A stretch of 64,000 nucleotides of DNA, from contig NDHX01000007.1 in assembly GCA_013626165.1 (NCBI GenBank), forward strand, positions 6,560 through 70,559. Reading direction: 5' to 3'. This DNA comes from Candidatus Velesiimonas alkalicola (GTDB lineage Bacteria; Omnitrophota; Gorgyraeia; Velesiimonadales; Velesiimonadaceae). The notes below the pieces were generated by a model. It was not told the DNA's origin and ran no database searches. It saw only the letters and a program-made list of their open reading frames with translations. The position numbers and the translations under genes were made by a program. This document shows, one piece after another, positions 48,352-57,268 of this stretch. Within the stretch, counting starts at the first letter, position 1, and each line of letters starts with the position of its first letter.

Positions 48352-49933
48352 TTAATTTTTTCTCAAGCGCAAGACCGATTTTCTTTTGTTTTTCGTCAAT
48401 TTTTATAACTTTTACCAAAACCTTCATCCCCTCTTTAAAAAACTCATTAATATTTTTGTTTTCAGGGATGTTCAATCCAGATATATGGATTAGCCCTTCT
48501 ACCGCAGATGTGGGTGATTGTAGATTTTGTTCAAGTTCAACAAATGTACCGAAATTTGTGATCTTACATATAATGCCCTCCACAACCCTGCCCACGGTAT
48601 ATTTTTCAACAATACCTGGCCAGGGGTTTTCTTGCAACTGCTTCAGACCCAATGATATCTTCTGTCCATCCGTATCTATTGCAAGAACAATCACACTGAG
48701 CCTTTCGCCCTTTTTAAATACTTCTGAAGGGTGATTGATATACCTTGTCCAACTTATATCAGAGTTATGTATAATACCGTCTATACCGCCTTCTAATTCT
48801 ACAATTGCCCCCTGCTCTGAAAATGCTTTGATAACTCCTTCTGCCTGTGAGCCTACATTAAATCTTTCTTCTATGTTTTCCCAAGGATTGGGTTCCAACT
48901 GCTTTAAGCCGAGTGCAATCCGCTGGTTTGCCCTTTCTATACTTAAAACCGCTGCTGTAACAATATCTCCCAATTTAAACATCTCCTGCGGGTGGTTAAT
49001 TTTTCTTGTCCATGAGAATTCTGAAATGTGCGCAAGCCCTTCTATGCCGTTTTCTAATTCTACAAACACACCATAAGAAACGATATTTACTACTTTTCCC
49101 TGCACCTTCGTCCCAATGGGATACTTTTCTTCTATACTTTCCCAGGGATTTGCAGACATCTGTTTCATTCCTAATGAAATTTTCTGTTTTTCCTTATCCA
49201 CATTAAGAACCATTACCTCAACTTCTTTCCCCATGAAAAGATATTCTGATGGATGTTTAATCCTGCCCCATGTTATGTCCGTAATATGAAGAAGACCGTC
49301 AACCCCTCCTATATCAATAAACGCACCGAAACCTGTTATATTCTTTATGATGCCTTTTTTTATCTGACCCGGTTCAAGCGATTGAAGGATTTTTGTTCTT
49401 GTCTGTTCTTTTTCTGATGAAATTGCCTCTTTTCTTGAAAGGATAACATTTTTTCTTGTCCTGTTTATTTTCATTATCTTAAACTTTAATTTCTTCTTTT
49501 CAAACCCAGAAAGATTCTGTTTTGGATGCTGCAATATCTGTGATATCGGAAGAAATGCTTCCATTCCGATATCAACCATCAATCCCCCTTTTATCTTTTT
49601 TATAATTTTCCCCTCTATCAAATCACCTTCTTTAAAATTCTTCAATAGGTTTTCCCACCCGAACTGTCTATCTGCCTTCCTTTTTGAAAGAAGAGGCATA
49701 CCATCTTCCCCTTCAACCTCATCAACAATGGCAAGTATCTTGTCACCAGGTTTTAAGTCTATTATGTCTGTTACTTCTTCAGATGGGATTCTCCCCTCAG
49801 ATTTATAATTTATATCAACAATAACATCTTTAGAGGTTACATACAAAACTGTCCCTTCTACCAAATCCCCTTCTTTAACTGCTTTAAATGTTTGAACATA
49901 AAGTTGCTCCATCTGTTCTTTTGTCTGTTCCAT
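48338..49933 (-). CDS. rpsA: 30S ribosomal protein S1
   Basis: 531 aa with six S1 OB-fold repeats (recurring G.V..I...G.FV.L motifs). Confidence 0.9.
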   Translation of the reverse strand: MEQTKEQMEQLYVQTFKAVKEGDLVEGTVLYVTSKDVIVDINYKSEGRIPSEEVTDIIDLKPGDKILAIVDEVEGEDGMPLLSKRKADRQFGWENLLKNFKEGDLIEGKIIKKIKGGLMVDIGMEAFLPISQILQHPKQNLSGFEKKKLKFKIMKINRTRKNVILSRKEAISSEKEQTRTKILQSLEPGQIKKGIIKNITGFGAFIDIGGVDGLLHITDITWGRIKHPSEYLFMGKEVEVMVLNVDKEKQKISLGMKQMSANPWESIEEKYPIGTKVQGKVVNIVSYGVFVELENGIEGLAHISEFSWTRKINHPQEMFKLGDIVTAAVLSIERANQRIALGLKQLEPNPWENIEERFNVGSQAEGVIKAFSEQGAIVELEGGIDGIIHNSDISWTRYINHPSEVFKKGERLSVIVLAIDTDGQKISLGLKQLQENPWPGIVEKYTVGRVVEGIICKITNFGTFVELEQNLQSPTSAVEGLIHISGLNIPENKNINEFFKEGMKVLVKVIKIDEKQKKIGLALEKKLNETQ

Positions 49934-49950
49934 TTTTTAAATTTCTCCTT

Positions 49951-50060
49951 TTATATTAACCCTTCATTAGGGTATCAAGGTGTCAAGGTTTCAAGGTGTC
50001 AACGGTGAAATCTTGATTTTATCTTGATGTTTTACTCTCGATGCCTCGAAACCTTGAAAT
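49951..50060 (-). promoter_or_regulatory. rpsA upstream region with tandem CAAGGTG(T) 8-mers / repeated TTGACA-like boxes
   Basis: ggtatcaaggtgtcaaggtttcaaggtgtcaacggtg...gaaaccttgaaatc; in mRNA sense contains TTGACAccttgaaaccTTGACAcc. Confidence 0.3.
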
Positions 50061-50065
50061 CTTCC

Positions 50066-50899
50066 TTACCCATTTAATTCTTTCGCAATTTTCCTTACAA
50101 CCAGCCGTGGAGTGGAGGCTCCACTTATAATACCAACAGTTTTCACCTCCTTACTCAAAGATGCAGGCACCTGCTCTGTTCCTTCCAAATACCACACATT
50201 TTTACAGTGTCTCTTACATATCTTCACAAGTCTTTTTGTGTTTGCACTTGACTTGCCCCCCAGAACAATCATTGCAGAAACATTTTTAGAAAGATGGGTT
50301 GCTTCTTCCTGTCTTCTTATCACATCTTTACATATCGTATTAAATATATTAATCTCAAGCGGTGCAAAATCAAAAAACTTCTTTACTACCTTAAAATAGT
50401 TGCCAGGATCCTGTGTGGTCTGAGATACAATTCCTATTTTTTTACCCTTTATAAGATTACCTTCTAATTCTCCAATATCGCTTATAACAATCCCCTTGCT
50501 CTTACAAAATCCAAAAAGCCCACGAACCTCGGGATGTGTTTTATCTCCTACTATTATACAATAATCATATCCACTTTTAATGATATTTTTTACAATACTC
50601 TGTATTGCTATAACATTAGGGCAGGTTGCATCAACAAGTTTTACATTCTGTTTTTTTAATTTGTTTACTATTTGAGGAGAAATCCCATGCGATCTTATAA
50701 CACCTGTGCAATTTTTTAAATCCTGCCAATTATCTGCAACCTTTAAACCCTTTTTATTAAGTTCTTCAACAACATATGGGTTATGTATTAAAGGGCCTAT
50801 TGAATATGCAGGGGCATCTTTAATTGTGTCTTCGGCAATTCTTATTGCCCTTTTAACACCGTAACAAAATCCACTACACTTACCAACTATTATCTTCAA
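50066..50899 (-). CDS. ispH: 4-hydroxy-3-methylbut-2-enyl diphosphate reductase
   Basis: MKIIVGKCSGFCYGVKRAI N-terminus with conserved Cys, LytB fold, three cluster cysteines. Confidence 0.9.
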   Translation of the reverse strand: MKIIVGKCSGFCYGVKRAIRIAEDTIKDAPAYSIGPLIHNPYVVEELNKKGLKVADNWQDLKNCTGVIRSHGISPQIVNKLKKQNVKLVDATCPNVIAIQSIVKNIIKSGYDYCIIVGDKTHPEVRGLFGFCKSKGIVISDIGELEGNLIKGKKIGIVSQTTQDPGNYFKVVKKFFDFAPLEINIFNTICKDVIRRQEEATHLSKNVSAMIVLGGKSSANTKRLVKICKRHCKNVWYLEGTEQVPASLSKEVKTVGIISGASTPRLVVRKIAKELNG

Positions 50900-51501
50900 T
50901 TTTTAAGGCTCTTTATCCCTTCCATAATAATTTCACTTGCACCTTGAAAACTCCCTGCCCCTTTAAGGGTCCCGGTCATTATTGGTTTCCCAAACCAGAC
51001 ACTTACAGGATACAGTCTTATCCATTTCGCACCCACCGGAAGCGCATTATGTGTGCCTTCTAAATACACAGGAACCACAGGCACACCTGCCTTTATTGCA
51101 ATAAGGCCTACTCCTCTTTCAGGCTTCATCAAAGTTCCGTCTGCTGATCTTGTTCCTTCAGGAAATATCACAACACCCCTTCCCTGTCTTAATCTTTTAA
51201 AAAATTCTTTTAATGCACCCACATCAGGTCTCTTGCGGTTTATCGGGAAAGTATTACAACGTTTTATAATCCAGGAAAGAAATTGGACATCAAAAAGCTC
51301 TTTCATTACAAGAAAATTTAATTCCCGTGGACAGGCAACACCAAGCATTACAGGGTCAAGATAACTTGTATGATTACTTGCAAGAATAAATCCACCCGAG
51401 GAGGGGATATTTTGTACCCCGAAAAAGCGGATGCGAAATAATATTTTACAAAGAACACTGCCTAAAACCTTAAAAAAAGCGTACCACAGGTTATGTTTCA
51501 T
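50896..51501 (-). CDS. plsC: 1-acyl-sn-glycerol-3-phosphate acyltransferase
   Basis: HxxxxD motif as NHTSYLDP, FPEGTRS motif. Confidence 0.85.
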   Translation of the reverse strand: MKHNLWYAFFKVLGSVLCKILFRIRFFGVQNIPSSGGFILASNHTSYLDPVMLGVACPRELNFLVMKELFDVQFLSWIIKRCNTFPINRKRPDVGALKEFFKRLRQGRGVVIFPEGTRSADGTLMKPERGVGLIAIKAGVPVVPVYLEGTHNALPVGAKWIRLYPVSVWFGKPIMTGTLKGAGSFQGASEIIMEGIKSLKN

Positions 51502-51653
51502 ATTTGCCTTAAAGAGCGCCCCTTACACTTACCCTAATAGAACAGATAACTGGTAGCAAATGCCAGATGTCAAAATCTAAATGTCAAATCAAATCCAAAA
51601 TCCAGATGACAAAAAGTATGACCTGTTGATATCTATTTGACATTTGACATTTG

Positions 51654-52373
51654 TTATTTTTTTGTCATTTGTATCTTGGTGCCAAGGCGCTTGGAATTTA
51701 TGCTCACAGATTTTTTGATATAATCATACAGATATTGCACAACTGATTCTATATCCATATGGGTTGTATCAATCCTTACCGCATCATCCGCCTGTTTTAA
51801 TGGTCCTGTTTTCCTTGAATAGTCACTTTTATCTCTAACGCAGAGTTCTTTCTCAATTTCTTCAACCGTTATAAATGGATTTATTAGTTTTATTTCCTCA
51901 TACCTTCTTAAAACCCTTTTTTTGAGATCCGCATCCAAAAAAAATTTTAAATCGGCGCCAGGACACACAACTGTTCCTGTATCTCTGCCTTCAAGAACAA
52001 CATTCCCGGATTCTGCCATCTGTCTCTGTTTATTAACTAAAATTTCTCTAACTTTAGGAATCCTTGCAATGGACTTAACCTTTGTTGTAAGTTCAGTTGT
52101 TCTTATAACACCTGAAACATTTTCACCATCTGCAAATACAAGAACCCTGCCGTGTTTTTCTTTTTTAAAACTTATCTTCATACCTCCCGCAATAGAAACC
52201 AATGCCTTTTCATCTTCTAAATTAACATTGTCTCTTACCGCCTTAAGTGTGACTGCCCTGTACATAGCGCCTGTGTCCAAATACATAAACCCTAACTTTT
52301 CAGCAAGAATCCTGGCAACAGTGCTTTTACCCGAACCAGCAGGTCCATCTATTGTGATTACTAATCCTGGCAC
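51654..52373 (-). CDS. cmk: cytidylate kinase
   Basis: ITIDGPAGSGKSTVARILAEKLGFMYLDTGAMYRAV canonical Cmk N-terminus. Confidence 0.9.
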   Translation of the reverse strand: MPGLVITIDGPAGSGKSTVARILAEKLGFMYLDTGAMYRAVTLKAVRDNVNLEDEKALVSIAGGMKISFKKEKHGRVLVFADGENVSGVIRTTELTTKVKSIARIPKVREILVNKQRQMAESGNVVLEGRDTGTVVCPGADLKFFLDADLKKRVLRRYEEIKLINPFITVEEIEKELCVRDKSDYSRKTGPLKQADDAVRIDTTHMDIESVVQYLYDYIKKSVSINSKRLGTKIQMTKK

Positions 52374-52379
52374 TTAATT

Positions 52380-53213
52380 TTAAACTATCCTTTCTCTTTT
52401 ATTTTTTACATCTTCAAAAAACTTATGCAGGCTATCCCATTTGTCTTTTTCTATTATATATTTAATTTTTTGCAAATGCTTCTTAAATTTTTCTAATGAG
52501 TTAAGGATTTCCCTTTTATTCGTAATACAAATATCTCTCCACATAACAGAATCAGCAGATGCTAATCTTGTAGCATTTCTAAAACCGGTTGAAGATATCC
52601 AAGAATCTTTTTCTTTCACAGAAGAAATAAGACAGCAGGCAACAATATGGGGAAGGTGTGAAAACATTGAAACAAGTCTATCATGTTCAGAAGGTCCAAT
52701 CAGTCTTACCCTGCAACCGATAGACTCCCAGAATCCTGAAACTATTTTAAGAAATCTATTGTTTGTCCATTTAACCGGCGTAATAACGCAGACTGAGTCT
52801 TGAAAAATATTGTCCCTTGCAAACTCAACACCGCTTTTTTCCGAACCTGCCATCGGATGACTTCCAATGAATCTTTCTTTCCCCCTTAATTTAGAAATAT
52901 CCCTTAAAATATCGGACTTGGTGCTGGCCACATCAGTAATTATACAGTCAGGATTTAAAGATAAAACCTTTGCCGTATAACCCGGCACCAAACAGGCAGG
53001 CGTAGATATTACTGCAAATTCTGCATCTTTGACACAATCCTCAATGCAGAGTCCGCCTCTATCAATAGCACCTAACTTCATTGCCTTTCGGATTGAACTT
53101 TTTCTTCTTCCAACGGCTATAATCTCTTTTGCAATTCCTTTTTTTTTTAATGCAAGTCCTATAGAACCGCCTATAAGGCCTGCGCCAACTATTAACACTT
53201 TATTAAATCTCAT
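52380..53213 (-). CDS. tyrA: prephenate/arogenate dehydrogenase
   Basis: Rossmann VLIVGAGLIGGSIGLAL, PDH_N/PDH_C layout. Confidence 0.8.
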   Translation of the reverse strand: MRFNKVLIVGAGLIGGSIGLALKKKGIAKEIIAVGRRKSSIRKAMKLGAIDRGGLCIEDCVKDAEFAVISTPACLVPGYTAKVLSLNPDCIITDVASTKSDILRDISKLRGKERFIGSHPMAGSEKSGVEFARDNIFQDSVCVITPVKWTNNRFLKIVSGFWESIGCRVRLIGPSEHDRLVSMFSHLPHIVACCLISSVKEKDSWISSTGFRNATRLASADSVMWRDICITNKREILNSLEKFKKHLQKIKYIIEKDKWDSLHKFFEDVKNKRERIV

Positions 53214-53248
53214 TAGACCCTATTCAAGTTCATATTGACCTTTGTAAA

Positions 53249-53318
53249 TGGGGTCAACTCTATTTTCTTCTTTTAATAATACTACATTGGTTTTTTAGAG
53301 AAAATAGAGTTGACCCCA
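53249..53318. repeat. 70-bp perfect-palindrome element (copy 2 of 2)
   Basis: tggggtcaactctattttc ... gaaaatagagttgacccca; 1-nt loop difference from copy at 27093-27162. Confidence 0.85.
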
Positions 53319-53508
53319 TAGTATTTTATCCTATCAATTATATTACAGCAAGCATTTTTTTGCAGGGCCTTGTGCGAGGGGGTTAAAAATAGGCACAGTA
53401 CAAATGGCTCTGGGAGATTTTTTTATTTACAAAAAATTTAAAAATTTGATACAATACATATCTGGTGCTCTGGTGCATTGGTGCTCTAAGAAAAAATAGG
53501 AGGAAGGT

Positions 53509-54399
53509 ATGTTCAGAATTGTTCCAAAAACGAACATTGATTTTTTAGGGAAAAGAAAGGTGGCATATACATTTTCTTTTCTTCTTCTTTTAACAGGCAT
53601 TGTATCACTTATCTATCATAAGGGGCCAAACTGGGGAATAGAATTCACAGGTGGTTCACTTATGCAGATCCATTTTAATGAGGCAATGGATATCGGTAAA
53701 GCAAGGAGCATACTAAAACAGGCAGGCCTACAGGATGCTTTCTTACAACAGTATGAACGGAACAGAGGTTTAATAATAAGGATTAAGGGCGAAGGCGGGA
53801 ATGTTTCTGATACAATCACAGAGGCACTTAAAAAGAATATCGGTGAAGGAAAATTCAGAGTAGAAAGAACAGAAGAGGTTGGTCCTGTTGTGGGAAAGGC
53901 AATGCAGAGAAAAACACTCATTGCGGTAATAGCTGCCGCAATTGTTCTTACAATGTATATTGCGTTCAGGTTTGACTTTAAATTTGGTGTTGCAGCGACA
54001 ATCGCAACATTTCATGATGTTGTGGCAGTTGTAGGTATATTTTCAATAATGAACAAGGAAATAACCCTGCAGATTGTTGCAGCACTTCTTACACTCGCTG
54101 GATACTCAATGGCAGATACGGTTGTTGTATTTGATAGAATAAGAGAAAATATGAAGGAAAAAAGGAAAGAGGCAAAAGAAAATATTATCAGCATAATGAA
54201 CCTGAGTATAAATGAGATTCTTTCAAGATCACTTATGACATCTATTACAACACTTTTAGCGGTTGGAGCATTGTTTTTCTTAGGCGGTGAAGTAATTCAT
54301 GACTTTACATTTGCACTTCTTATTGGTATAATTATCGGAACTTATTCATCTGTTTTTATTGCATCACCCATAGTTGCAGACTGGCCAAAGAATAGGTAA
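53509..54399 (+). CDS. secF: protein translocase subunit SecF (no adjacent secD)
   Basis: MFRIVPKTNIDFLGKRK N-terminus, six transmembrane segments, SecD/SecF family C-terminal core; GGAGGAAGG Shine-Dalgarno. Confidence 0.85.
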   Translation: MFRIVPKTNIDFLGKRKVAYTFSFLLLLTGIVSLIYHKGPNWGIEFTGGSLMQIHFNEAMDIGKARSILKQAGLQDAFLQQYERNRGLIIRIKGEGGNVSDTITEALKKNIGEGKFRVERTEEVGPVVGKAMQRKTLIAVIAAAIVLTMYIAFRFDFKFGVAATIATFHDVVAVVGIFSIMNKEITLQIVAALLTLAGYSMADTVVVFDRIRENMKEKRKEAKENIISIMNLSINEILSRSLMTSITTLLAVGALFFLGGEVIHDFTFALLIGIIIGTYSSVFIASPIVADWPKNR

Positions 54400-54402
54400 C
54401 AG

Positions 54403-54502
54403 GTGACTGGTGCTCTGATGCCTGGTGCTCTGGTGCTCTGGTGGCTGGTGCTCTGGTGCTCTGGTGGCTGGTGCTCTGGTGCTCTGGTGGCTGGTGCTCT
54501 GT
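54403..54502. repeat. GGTGACTGG-headed 8-mer array with 24-mer higher-order periodicity, ending at the Shine-Dalgarno of the next gene
   Basis: caggtgactggtgctctgatgc then (ctggtgctctggtgctctggtggc) x3. Confidence 0.9.
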
Positions 54503-54520
54503 CCTAGCGGGAGGGTAGAA

Positions 54521-55345
54521 ATGGAAATAGGGGTTATTAGTGAACTAGGCAAGGAAGGGCGATGTTTTGAATATGTCCGACAATTCGGATTAAATGTTTG
54601 CCAGTTGGCAGGCTGGGATATATCTTTGGCTCAGGGTAATGTGGCTGATAATGTTATAAAAACAGCAGACAGAGCAGGTGTGCGTATCTGCGGTTTTTGG
54701 GCTGGATGGCCAGGACCTGCAGAATGGAATTTTAAGACAGGTCCTACAACATTAGGATTGATGCCCAAAAGGTACCGTCAAAAAAGAGTAAAAGTTCTTA
54801 AAAAATGGGCTGATTTTGCCCAACAAGTGGGAAGTCCTTCTATTATTACTCACTGTGGATTTATACCTGAAAATATAACTGATCCAAATTATCAACAGGT
54901 TGTAGATGCTATTAAAGAGGTATCTGAGTATTGTAAAAGAAAAAAATTAGAATTCTGGTTTGAAACAGGGCAGGAAACCCCCGTGGTTTTATTAAGAACC
55001 ATAGAAAGAATTGGTACTGATAACCTTGGAATCAATCTGGATCCTGCCAACCTACTGATGTATGGCAAGGGCAACCCCATAGATGCCCTGTCTGTATTCG
55101 GTAAATATGTCAGAAATATTCATATTAAGGATGGTTTATGTCCGACAGATGGCGAAAATCTTGGCAGAGAAGTCCCTGTGGGTAGTGGTATGGTGCGGTA
55201 CCCTGAGTTTATTTCTAAATTAAAAGAAATAGGGTTTAACAAAGAGCTGATTATTGAGCGTGAAATAGAAGGAGAACAACAAATAAAAGATATACAAAAA
55301 ACTATTAAGGACCTTAAAAAATGGTTGCAGAAAGGAGAGAGATGA
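54521..55345 (+). CDS. sugar phosphate isomerase/epimerase (xylose isomerase-like TIM barrel)
   Basis: Start set at MEIGVIS (GGGAGGG Shine-Dalgarno); AP-endonuclease-2/xylose-isomerase-like TIM-barrel pattern with conserved E/D/H metal ligands. Confidence 0.7.
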   Translation: MEIGVISELGKEGRCFEYVRQFGLNVCQLAGWDISLAQGNVADNVIKTADRAGVRICGFWAGWPGPAEWNFKTGPTTLGLMPKRYRQKRVKVLKKWADFAQQVGSPSIITHCGFIPENITDPNYQQVVDAIKEVSEYCKRKKLEFWFETGQETPVVLLRTIERIGTDNLGINLDPANLLMYGKGNPIDALSVFGKYVRNIHIKDGLCPTDGENLGREVPVGSGMVRYPEFISKLKEIGFNKELIIEREIEGEQQIKDIQKTIKDLKKWLQKGER

Positions 55346-56184
55346 AAAAATCTATTAATCAGTGGGCGTTTCCAAAGACACAGGTATTGGAAAAAAGTCT
55401 TGAGGTTGCAAAAGATTCAGGTTTTTCTGCAATTGAGGTTTGTTTCGGAGAAGATGAATGGATTACACAGGACACAAAACTTTCAGATGTAGAAATCTTA
55501 AGAAAAAAAATAGAGTCTCATCACTTAAAAATATCAAGCCTTGCCTCGGGGCTGTTCTGGAAATATGCCCTTACATCAGATTCTCTTAAAGTTTCTCAAA
55601 AAGCATCAGATATTATCCGTTCAATGCTTAAAGCGGGCAGTATATTGGGTGTAGATACTATACTTGTAATCCCCGGCTGGGTTTCTGTGCCATGGGTTCC
55701 TGATGCAGAAATAGTTGATTATAAAACAGCACATAAAAGGGCATCGGAATCATTAAAAGTTCTTTCATCTGATGCAGAAAAAGAAAAGGTATGTATAGGA
55801 ATTGAAAATGTATGGAACAGGATGTTATTAAGTCCCCTTGAGATGGCAGAGTTTATAGACAAAATCGGCAGTCCCTATGTGGGCGCATATTTTGATATAG
55901 GCAATGTTGTCTATAGCGGGCATCCCCAGCACTGGATAGATATACTGGGGCATAGAATAAAAAAGGTTCATTTTAAGGATTATAAAAATTCTATAGGCAC
56001 ACTTGATGGGTTTGTTCCTCTTTTGTATGGAGATGTTAACTGGAAGGAAGTAATGAAGGCATTGAGGGGTGTTGGGTATGATTCATATTGTGTGGCAGAA
56101 TTTTTCCCTAAACCCGAATTTGCCGAGTGTTTAATAAAACAAGTCTCTATGGCTATGGACAAAATTCTGGAGGTGGAAAAATGA
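55342..56184 (+). CDS. second xylose-isomerase-like TIM-barrel protein
   Basis: ATGA start/stop overlap with upstream gene; AIEVCFGE...GIENVWN...FDIGNV pattern of the sugar-phosphate isomerase/epimerase family. Confidence 0.7.
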   Translation: MKKSINQWAFPKTQVLEKSLEVAKDSGFSAIEVCFGEDEWITQDTKLSDVEILRKKIESHHLKISSLASGLFWKYALTSDSLKVSQKASDIIRSMLKAGSILGVDTILVIPGWVSVPWVPDAEIVDYKTAHKRASESLKVLSSDAEKEKVCIGIENVWNRMLLSPLEMAEFIDKIGSPYVGAYFDIGNVVYSGHPQHWIDILGHRIKKVHFKDYKNSIGTLDGFVPLLYGDVNWKEVMKALRGVGYDSYCVAEFFPKPEFAECLIKQVSMAMDKILEVEK

Positions 56185-57215
56185 TAAATGTTGGACTAAT
56201 AGGTTTTGGATTTATGGGCAGGGTTCATTATTCCTGTTATGGAAACTTAAAAAATGCCAGAGTAGTTTCAGTATGCGACAAAGATATTAAAAGATTAAAG
56301 GGCACTGAAAGTGTTCAGGGAAATATTGAAACAGGACAAAATGTTGTTAACCTTTCTGGTGTAAAAACCACTATAAACCCAAATAATATCTTTAAAGATT
56401 CAAGTATTCAGATGGTGGATTTGTCCTGCCCTACTTTTCTTCACTGTAAACACACAGTAAAAGCGGCTGAATCGGGTAAGAATGTGCTTTGTGAGAAACC
56501 TATGGCAAGAAATGTAAAAGAAGCGCAAAGGATGATAGATGCCTGTAAGGCTAATAATGTAAAGATTATGGTGGCACATGTATTAAGATTTTGGCCTGAA
56601 TATCTTTTTTTGAAAGACGCAGTTCATAGCAGGGGGTTCGGCACATTGCTTTCAGTAGTATTCACAAGGCTTGGAAGTACTCCAAGATGGAGCTGGAAGA
56701 ACTGGATACTAAATCCAAAACTTGGTGGAGAAGCAATCCTTGATTTTCATATACATGATGTTGATACCGCGCTGTGGTTATTGGGCAATCCTTCATCTGT
56801 TTTTGCACAGGGTAAAGTAAAAGAATCTATAGGAGAGGGCATAAATTATGTTGTTGCACATTATCTTTATTCAAACGGTCCTGTCTGCACATTAGAAGGA
56901 GGATGGATTACAGAAGGCGGATACCCGTTCACAATGGCTTTTTTAGCGACATTTGAAAATGCGGTTCTTATGTATAACTGTAATAACAAGCCTACACTTT
57001 GTTTGTATGAAAAGGATAAAGAACCCCGGTATCCTCAAATACCTGTGGTTAACGCATATCAAGCAGAAATAGAATATTTTCTAAATTGCATAGAAACAAA
57101 TAAACAGATAGAAGAGGTCCCACCTGAAACATCCCTTGAAGCAGTAAGAATTGTAAGGCTTGAAAGTTCTGCAATTAAAAAAGGTAAAGTAGTTAAAGTA
57201 AGAAGTATAAAGTAA
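56181..57215 (+). CDS. Gfo/Idh/MocA-family NAD(P)-dependent oxidoreductase
   Basis: ATGA overlap with upstream gene; N-terminal Rossmann INVGLIGFGFMGRVH, EKPMA motif, C-terminal alpha/beta domain. Confidence 0.8.
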   Translation: MINVGLIGFGFMGRVHYSCYGNLKNARVVSVCDKDIKRLKGTESVQGNIETGQNVVNLSGVKTTINPNNIFKDSSIQMVDLSCPTFLHCKHTVKAAESGKNVLCEKPMARNVKEAQRMIDACKANNVKIMVAHVLRFWPEYLFLKDAVHSRGFGTLLSVVFTRLGSTPRWSWKNWILNPKLGGEAILDFHIHDVDTALWLLGNPSSVFAQGKVKESIGEGINYVVAHYLYSNGPVCTLEGGWITEGGYPFTMAFLATFENAVLMYNCNNKPTLCLYEKDKEPRYPQIPVVNAYQAEIEYFLNCIETNKQIEEVPPETSLEAVRIVRLESSAIKKGKVVKVRSIK

Positions 57216-57268
57216 GAAGACAGATGCTCTCTGGTAAATTGCTTACTCTTGAATAAAAAGGAGGAGGA

